Source: a virus
Lineage: Duplodnaviria; Caudoviricetes
DNA length: 52,441 nt
Reading direction: 5' to 3' (one strand)
Virus record (IMG/VR): IMGVR_UViG_3300030333_005141
Span: 1-52,441 of that record
The notes beneath the pieces were generated by a model. The model ran no database searches, was not told where the DNA came from, and saw nothing but the letters and a program-made list of their open reading frames with translations. Of the stretch, positions 46,359-52,441 are shown in pieces. Made by a program: the position numbers and the translations under genes. Within the stretch, counting starts at the first letter, position 1, and every line of letters begins with the position of its first letter.

Positions 46359-47870
46359 ATGGCAAACTTAAAAACAAGTACTCCGTCTACTGCCTTTAAT
46401 ACGCAGGGTGGCCCAGCCATAGATAATATAAGAAGAACGTTTGGCATTGGTGATAAGGTTGCGGAATTAGCTCCAGAAACATCAATTTTCTTCTCATATT
46501 TATCTAAGTTAGGTAAAAAACCTATTGATGAGACAGTATGGAGACCACTAGAATATAGAAACCAATGGCAAAGACGTAATTTTACTGCTATCCAAAAGAA
46601 AGTATCTGACGCTAACTCAGACTGGGTAGATGTAACAGCTGTTAATGCTTCAGGTTCAGGCGCTGATGCGGCTACTCACGTATTCTTTGAATGTGATTAC
46701 AACCACCAAGGTAAAGTACTAAAAGGTGGAACTGAAATGGGTACTAATACTACTGGTAACTATTCACCAATCTTCTTAACAAAAAATCAAGTTCTTAGAA
46801 TTGATGGCGTAGCATATAAATTAACTGCTGAGCCTGTAATTTTAAAACATGATGGAACTAACTGGAACGAAGATACTTCAGGCGATAAAGGTATCGCTCG
46901 AGGTGGTGTTGCTGTTGTGCCTATTGCTAATTTAGTAGTTATTTCTAGTAACTCAGCAATTACTGCAGCGGTAGAAGCTTGGTCTAAAAAAGGTCAAGTG
47001 ATGGGTTCTCAATGGGATGAGGCTTCAGGCGCTCCAGAAGGTTTCAGAGATGAGCTTTCTAGTGCAGAGTTTTATACTCAGATATTCAAAACAGCTGTAC
47101 CATTAATGAGTGGTTCAATGATGGCTACTAAATACAGAGGCTACGCTAATGAGTGGCAACGTATTTATGCAGAGCATCTTAAAGCACACAAAATGGATCT
47201 AGAAAATGCTTTCTTATTTGGTTATGGAAAGTACAATACTGCTGATACTAGAACATCTTGGGGTATAATACCTTTCTTAGAAGCGCAAGGTGGTAAAAGA
47301 TACCAGTTTGACTATGATGGTGGAACTGCTGCTCCTGTTACTAATGATGCTACTTATGACATTAAAGCTGGATTTAACTACGATGGTGTAGTTGATGTTA
47401 TGGATGATTTCATGAGTTATGAATCTGGAAATAGTGGCAAAAAACTATGTTTAACATCTAGAAAAGTTATCAATAACTTACATAAAATGGGTGACGGCAA
47501 CTTCTTGTCTAATTCATTTAGTAAATCTGATGGCTCTGCAACTAACAACAAAGAAGTATTTGCTGCTAGTTTAAATGTTAAACCTTCAAGCTTTATGCCT
47601 ATCGATATTACTTCAATATCAACTTCTTATGGATCTATGAATTTCGTAGCACATCCATTATTTAGAAATGATATGGAAGATAAAGCGGTATGTATCGACC
47701 TTGGAAACGTATCTTACAGACCATTAAGTGGAAACGGAGTATCTCGTGATACATTCGTTGAAACTAATGTTCAAGGTAATGATATTGACGGCAGAAAAGA
47801 CATGATTATAACAGAAGCTGGTTTAGAGGTAATGTTACCTGAAACTCACGCTGTTATTGATTTTGTTTAA
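46359..47870 (+). CDS. Major capsid protein
   Basis: AGGAGG SD; YTQIFKT, EHLKAHKMDLENAFLFG, GII.F, D.RKDMIITEAGLEV HK97-fold motifs; followed by a hairpin. Confidence 0.88.
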   Translation: MANLKTSTPSTAFNTQGGPAIDNIRRTFGIGDKVAELAPETSIFFSYLSKLGKKPIDETVWRPLEYRNQWQRRNFTAIQKKVSDANSDWVDVTAVNASGSGADAATHVFFECDYNHQGKVLKGGTEMGTNTTGNYSPIFLTKNQVLRIDGVAYKLTAEPVILKHDGTNWNEDTSGDKGIARGGVAVVPIANLVVISSNSAITAAVEAWSKKGQVMGSQWDEASGAPEGFRDELSSAEFYTQIFKTAVPLMSGSMMATKYRGYANEWQRIYAEHLKAHKMDLENAFLFGYGKYNTADTRTSWGIIPFLEAQGGKRYQFDYDGGTAAPVTNDATYDIKAGFNYDGVVDVMDDFMSYESGNSGKKLCLTSRKVINNLHKMGDGNFLSNSFSKSDGSATNNKEVFAASLNVKPSSFMPIDITSISTSYGSMNFVAHPLFRNDMEDKAVCIDLGNVSYRPLSGNGVSRDTFVETNVQGNDIDGRKDMIITEAGLEVMLPETHAVIDFV

Positions 47871-47886
47871 TCTATAACGTAAAAAT

Positions 47887-47911
47887 GAGCCCCTGCTTTG
47901 TGTGGGGGCTC
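47887..47911 (+). terminator. Hairpin after major capsid gene
   Basis: GAGCCCC...GGGGCTC stem; no strong U tract. Confidence 0.55.
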
Positions 47912-47928
47912 TAAAACATTGGGGAATT

Positions 47929-48699
47929 ATGGCAAATTTTAAAACACGAGTTCTAGGAATATTAGGGCAAGACAATAGCGATTACTTATCAGATATAGCA
48001 GATATGCCTGGCATAGTTACTAATTCTTTATGGGAAATGGCTCAAGTATTACCAACACAATTTTTATTATCAGAATCAGTTTCGAATCCAGTAGATATTG
48101 AAAATTTAACTAATGGTCAAACAGCTCCTTCTGATGACGTAGATATTGCTGATACTATAGTATTGCTTGTAATTAGAGTTTCTGCTGGTCCTCATATAGT
48201 AAACAGTGAAAACAATATAACTGAAGAAGTATATCTTACAAGACCTTGTAAACAAATAAATATAGAAGAAAGCCATAAAGCGTTAGATTCTAATAGCATA
48301 TATTTTGCTACTGACTTATCTCCAGTTTATTGGATTGAAAATGGAAACAAATTAAAAACTGCCCCTGCAACTACAGGATATACTGCAAATAGTGGGGTTC
48401 CTAATGGTTTAATTATGCCTGATGGAAAAAGTGGATTAAATCTGTACAAATATACTAGACAGGTGTTTACAGATGCAACTTGGGAAACTGCAAGTAGTTT
48501 TACAGGTATTCCAGAAGGCACTGAAGATTTAATTTGCAAAAGAATAGCAGTAGAAGTTCTTAATCAAAAGATACTTAATGCAGGGACACAAGATGAAGAT
48601 CAAGAAATAGTTCAGATTTTACAAGCTAATAGAACATTATTATCTGAAGATATTGGAAATCAAGTAAAACTTTTAAATGATCTTTGGGAGACTAAATGA
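47929..48699 (+). CDS. Head-tail adaptor / tail ring protein
   Basis: ATG 47929; SPVYWIE..L...P and C-terminal IP.....LI....A helices; follows capsid. Confidence 0.55.
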   Translation: MANFKTRVLGILGQDNSDYLSDIADMPGIVTNSLWEMAQVLPTQFLLSESVSNPVDIENLTNGQTAPSDDVDIADTIVLLVIRVSAGPHIVNSENNITEEVYLTRPCKQINIEESHKALDSNSIYFATDLSPVYWIENGNKLKTAPATTGYTANSGVPNGLIMPDGKSGLNLYKYTRQVFTDATWETASSFTGIPEGTEDLICKRIAVEVLNQKILNAGTQDEDQEIVQILQANRTLLSEDIGNQVKLLNDLWETK

Positions 48700-48965
48700 C
48701 ACAAAAAGAGCTTATAGAAATTATACAACAACATCACCCTAAAACTGGTGAAACTTTAATTAGAAAGGCTTTAAATAGAGCCCAAGATGATTTTGCAGCA
48801 AAAACTAGTATAGTTGAAGTTGCTACAGATGGAACAGATGTTACTGTAGCTGGCCAAAGATATTATAGTTTACCTCCTGAATTATTAGAATTAAAAAGAG
48901 TTGAATTAGGCAATATTTCAATTAAAAGATTAATATTTAAACCTATAGAAGGAGATATTACATAA
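48696..48965 (+). CDS. Adaptor/ring protein, N-terminal-half-like
   Basis: MT.KEL...I...ALNRAQ.DF...T.AGQRYY.LP...L.LKRV. Confidence 0.6.
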   Translation: MTQKELIEIIQQHHPKTGETLIRKALNRAQDDFAAKTSIVEVATDGTDVTVAGQRYYSLPPELLELKRVELGNISIKRLIFKPIEGDIT

Positions 48966-49351
48966 TGGCTTCAATAGATTATAGAGATAAATATTTTTAC
49001 TTTGTAGATGACCATAGATTAGGGTTAGTAGAAAATAAAACAACTGTTAGTGTAAATGACCCTAATTATCAAAGTATTCAAAAGGCAGGAGAAAGCATAA
49101 GATTATTTTATGTTAGTAGACCTATACCTTTTGGTTCAGATTTAACAAAAAGTAGTGAAATACCTGACCAATTTCATGAAGCTTTAACTTATAAAGTAAT
49201 ATCAGATTTGTACAAATTACCAGGAGATTCCTTTAATTTGCAATTAGCAGGATATTATGATCAACAATATATGCTAGCTATTAGGGAAGCTAAAAAATAT
49301 GCTTCTAAACATAGACAATCAGGAGGGGTTATTACACCTATAGATTATTAA
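48965..49351 (+). CDS. Adaptor/ring protein, C-terminal-half-like
   Basis: YFY...RLGL...IRLFY..RP...EIPDQFHEAL.Y...A.YY...Y. Confidence 0.6.
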   Translation: MASIDYRDKYFYFVDDHRLGLVENKTTVSVNDPNYQSIQKAGESIRLFYVSRPIPFGSDLTKSSEIPDQFHEALTYKVISDLYKLPGDSFNLQLAGYYDQQYMLAIREAKKYASKHRQSGGVITPIDY

Positions 49352-49692
49352 TGGCATTTAACAGAGCAAATATATCAACAACAAGTACTTTTGAAAGAAG
49401 TGGAGCAATAACTACTAGTGATACTCCTGCTTTTCAACTTTGGAGCAATGTATCTAATCCTGCTTTACAAAAATGGGATTTAGGTAAAGGTTTTACATTA
49501 GATACTAATAGCACAACAAAAGAATTAAATTTTAATTATAACAATGAAGTGATCCTGACTATCGCTAGTACAGGACTTAGCAATTTTGAACAAACTACAT
49601 TAAACCTAAACAATTATAATTCATTCCCATTATCTGGACAGATGGGGGAAATGGCAAATGTTCAAGGTTCTTTGTATGTTTGGACAGATTAA
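49351..49692 (+). CDS. Hypothetical virion protein
   Basis: T/S/N-rich, ends GEMANVQGSLYVW; tail context. Confidence 0.55.
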   Translation: MAFNRANISTTSTFERSGAITTSDTPAFQLWSNVSNPALQKWDLGKGFTLDTNSTTKELNFNYNNEVILTIASTGLSNFEQTTLNLNNYNSFPLSGQMGEMANVQGSLYVWTD

Positions 49693-49705
49693 AGGAGAGT
49701 AAATA

Positions 49706-50839
49706 ATGGCAACATGGAAAAAAGTCTTAACTGAGGCAGACATTTTAGATGAAGACAATATGTCCTCAGACTCGGCAACGGCAGTTGCCAGTCAACAATC
49801 AATAAAAGCATATGTAGATGCAAGCATTCCAACAGAAGCAACTAATGTTACTGTTACTGGAAATAACAGTACAGATGAAACTGTATATTTAACATTTGTA
49901 GATGGCTCAACAGGTACGCAAGGTATAGAAACAGATACAAACTTAATTTATAATCCTAGTAGTAATATGTTAGAAGCAGGTATTTTTAATGGTACTATAA
50001 AAATTGCTGGCCACACAATGAATGATATTGATATTACATCTGAAGCGACAGATGCAGATGATCATTTAATGAGTGCTGCAGCAATAAAAGCAAGAATAGA
50101 TGATTTAAAATCAGCAACTACATTTAATATAGCAGCAGATTCAGACGCTGCTAATCTAAATGTAGATTCAAAAATAGTTGTACATGATGAAACAATGACA
50201 TTTACAGGTGGAACAGCAATTGATACCACAGTAACTGGAGGACAAACCATTACATTTGATCTTGATTTGTCAGAATTAGGAAATCAAGGTAGTTGCACTA
50301 TTGGTTCTGATTATATTGCAATGACTATAGGTGGAGCAACCGCTAAAATGGCTCCGAAAAATCTATTTCAAGAAATGGATCAGTTTACAGGAGATGATAC
50401 TTTAAGTATTGGTGATGCTGGAAATGATATGACTTTGAATCTAAGAGGTAACGTTACTGTTGGAGGAAATTTAACTGTAAACGGAGGTACTACAACAATT
50501 AGTACTACACAATTAGTTGTTGAAGACGAAAAAATTATATTAGGTAAACCTGATTCTGATTTTGCAGATGATGCTGCTGCAGTTAGTGCAAATAGTGGTG
50601 GTGGTATAGCATTAGTTACAGATTCTCAAACTGCTTCAAATTATGCTCAGCTTACTTGGATAACTGGTAAAAATCAAACAGGTTGGTGTGTAGAAGCAAA
50701 TCAAAGTTCAGATGTATATGAAATCGCTAGCATGGGCTATTCAAATAATAGTGCCCCAGGAAATTCTGATGATGAAAATGGAGTTGGTGGATTTATATTT
50801 GATACAGGCACAGATACATTATATATAAGAACAGCGTAA
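49706..50839 (+). CDS. Tail or collar fibre protein
   Basis: DEDNMSSDSATAVASQQSIKAYVD and GNLTVNGGTTTISTTQLVVED fibre motifs; ends TDTLYIRT. Confidence 0.7.
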   Translation: MATWKKVLTEADILDEDNMSSDSATAVASQQSIKAYVDASIPTEATNVTVTGNNSTDETVYLTFVDGSTGTQGIETDTNLIYNPSSNMLEAGIFNGTIKIAGHTMNDIDITSEATDADDHLMSAAAIKARIDDLKSATTFNIAADSDAANLNVDSKIVVHDETMTFTGGTAIDTTVTGGQTITFDLDLSELGNQGSCTIGSDYIAMTIGGATAKMAPKNLFQEMDQFTGDDTLSIGDAGNDMTLNLRGNVTVGGNLTVNGGTTTISTTQLVVEDEKIILGKPDSDFADDAAAVSANSGGGIALVTDSQTASNYAQLTWITGKNQTGWCVEANQSSDVYEIASMGYSNNSAPGNSDDENGVGGFIFDTGTDTLYIRTA

Positions 50840-50853
50840 AAAAAGGAGTATAA

Positions 50854-51039
50854 ATGGGGAGCCAGTTTATTGCAAAAACTGAAAGTAAGTTGCAATTTAG
50901 TATTGAAGAAGCTGATTTATTATTAAAGATAATTAATGAAGCACAATTTAGTGGTGGACAAGTAAAAGTAGCCGCAGAACTAATAACTAAAGTCTTAGGA
51001 ATACACAAGAAATTAGTTAAAAATAAATTGGAGTTTTAA
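50854..51039 (+). CDS. Small hypothetical protein (possible fibre chaperone)
   Basis: AAGGAG SD; helical 61 aa, after the fibre gene. Confidence 0.6.
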   Translation: MGSQFIAKTESKLQFSIEEADLLLKIINEAQFSGGQVKVAAELITKVLGIHKKLVKNKLEF

Positions 51040-51602
51040 TGGCAACTTGGAAACAGGTATTAAAAGATGGAGATGAAAGACGTACTGTTCATATTAATGG
51101 TAGGTTTGGTCTTAGAGAATCAAGTTATTATCTTATTAATGGTACTGGCGCTTGGCTTTGTAATTCTAAAGACAATGTTGAAACAGAAGATATTCCTCTT
51201 GCTATTTTTGCTAACCCTTATAACTCAGATATAGACTATACTGTAGATAAAGCTGAAGTTAGATTTGCTACTAGCAGTAGTATAGCAATAAATTCTAGTT
51301 TTGAAGTTAATTTTAAAAGACTGGGTGATGCTGATTACACTACTGGAACTAGTGATAATACAACTCATGACCTTGATACTATGTGGGAAACAAGCAAATC
51401 TCCATTAAATCAAAATAGAATAGAAATGGTAGGAGGAGCAGGTCTTGTTAATGCTAACGGTCAATTTACAGCTGCAGGAACTGTTTTAGACCCAGGAGAC
51501 GCTTTATATTGTATAGTTAAAGCAGAACATGGCCTAGTAGGAACACCTTTTACTTATTATGCTCTTTCAATTATGTTAGAATTAAAAATGTCAAGAAATT
51601 AA
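51039..51602 (+). CDS. Virion protein sharing N-terminus with the 49706 fibre
   Basis: MATWKQVL vs MATWKKVL; beta-sandwich-like body. Confidence 0.55.
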   Translation: MATWKQVLKDGDERRTVHINGRFGLRESSYYLINGTGAWLCNSKDNVETEDIPLAIFANPYNSDIDYTVDKAEVRFATSSSIAINSSFEVNFKRLGDADYTTGTSDNTTHDLDTMWETSKSPLNQNRIEMVGGAGLVNANGQFTAAGTVLDPGDALYCIVKAEHGLVGTPFTYYALSIMLELKMSRN

Positions 51603-51615
51603 AACAGGGGATAAA

Positions 51616-51774
51616 ATGTTAGACACTTTAAGAACATCAACAATAGGAATAGCTGGATCTGTAGGTTCTCAAGCTTTGCATTGGACAGAAATTGTTCCAC
51701 CAGTATTTAGTGCATTAGCTGCACTTGCAACTTTAATATTCATGTTAATTAAAATATATAAGGAGGTTAAATGA
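51616..51774 (+). CDS. Small membrane protein, holin candidate (52 aa, not in ORF track)
   Basis: MLDTLRTSTIGIAGSVG...FSALAALATLIFMLIKIYKEVK. Confidence 0.6.
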   Translation: MLDTLRTSTIGIAGSVGSQALHWTEIVPPVFSALAALATLIFMLIKIYKEVK

Positions 51775-51944
51775 AAGAGCTTATAGCAAATTACCTTTTT
51801 AATGATGAAATGAAAGCTAAAATCGTTAAAGAATTAAATGACGATATTAATATTCCAATCATCAATGAAAAAACAGAGGGTAAAATTATTGAGGCTATCT
51901 ACGAGGTAGTTGAAGCTTGTGTCAAAAAAGCGATACTCAAATAA
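51771..51944 (+). CDS. Small phage protein (57 aa, not in ORF track)
   Basis: AGGAGG SD, ATGA overlap; LNDDINIPIINEKTEGKI motif. Confidence 0.7.
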   Translation: MKELIANYLFNDEMKAKIVKELNDDINIPIINEKTEGKIIEAIYEVVEACVKKAILK

Positions 51945-52290
51945 ATTGGAAGAAATTACCGATAAAGAAGAAGTATCCATCACAGAGTTGATCTTGTATA
52001 ATGATTTACTGTTAAATGATGACCCAGATTTAGGGGTTGCAATAGGTTTAGGTAGCGAAGACAAGATTTACGAAAAAGCCCCTAAAAAATGTTCCTGTGG
52101 GGGTTCTAATATAGTAGGACTAGAGGTTCTAGGGGCTTGTGATGAAATTTTGTTTTGGCTTTGTGATGATTGTGACAAAGTCTACTTAACTAGAACATTT
52201 GAAAAGACAAAGAAGCTACTTGAAGTAAGTAAAAAGTTCTGGACGGTACCAAGCGCTTGGCCTATTCCTCCTTTGTCGGAAAGAAATTAA
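51910..52290 (+). CDS. Zn-ribbon hypothetical protein
   Basis: CSCG...GLEVLGA...FWLCDDC; real start possibly TTG 51946. Confidence 0.6.
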   Translation: MKLVSKKRYSNKLEEITDKEEVSITELILYNDLLLNDDPDLGVAIGLGSEDKIYEKAPKKCSCGGSNIVGLEVLGACDEILFWLCDDCDKVYLTRTFEKTKKLLEVSKKFWTVPSAWPIPPLSERN

Positions 52291-52441
52291 TGAAAAAGTA
52301 TGTCGTAACTCCAGACAAACACTTTCCTCATCATGATAAAAAGAGTATTAGTGTAGTCTGTAAAGCCATCGAAGCAATCAAGCCTGATGGATATATTGAT
52401 TTAGGGGACACGGGTGACTGGGAAAGTATAAGTCATCACAA
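52290..52441 (+). CDS. Calcineurin-like metallophosphoesterase, 5' part (continues at base 1)
   Basis: MKKYVVTPDKHFPHHD...; 17 codons precede the repeat and the frame continues into 1..708. Confidence 0.88.
   Translation, partial: MKKYVVTPDKHFPHHDKKSISVVCKAIEAIKPDGYIDLGDTGDWESISHH
52341..52441. repeat. Terminal direct repeat, right copy
   Basis: Matches 1-101 with one mismatch. Confidence 0.97.

Noticed and set aside
1-52441. Genome-wide stop-codon reassignment, as in some crAss-like phages
   Set aside because: Genes are long and intact in code 11, and TAA, TAG and TGA all occur as normal stops, often in ATGA or TAATG overlaps
1-52441. Prophage or temperate lifestyle
   Set aside because: No integrase, repressor, partition genes or host flanks recognised

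Overview
The window is one apparently complete, low-GC tailed dsDNA phage genome with podovirus-type architecture. Bases 52341-52441 repeat bases 1-101 with one synonymous mismatch, giving a 52,340-bp circular map that splits a calcineurin-like phosphoesterase gene. There are two transcription arms. The + strand arm (39443, across the junction, to 25096) carries an M15 endolysin, terminase, P22-type portal, scaffold, capsid, adaptor and tail genes. It ends in an ejection-protein cluster whose last gene is a 3466-aa protein that looks like a virion-packaged single-chain two-barrel RNA polymerase (RxP ... GGADLDGDK) containing a catalytically dead AlkB-like domain. The - strand arm (38837 to 25407) carries small early genes separated by many GC-rich branched hairpins. 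These are followed by a complete four-gene ubiquitin-like conjugation operon (Ubl ending KSGN, E2 with HPHx6C, JAB/JAMM protease, ThiF/E1). The operon runs directly into a replication/recombination module (Sak4-like ATPase, SSB-like protein, AEP primase-helicase, Gp157-like protein, HNH) with no recognisable DNA polymerase. Both the E2 and the JAB protein carry a QGTLF pentapeptide resembling a bacterial beta-clamp-binding motif, which suggests the Ubl system could act at the host replisome. All assignments come from reading motifs by eye; no database search or folding program was run. I found no tRNA, CRISPR array or integrase, and the host is unknown.
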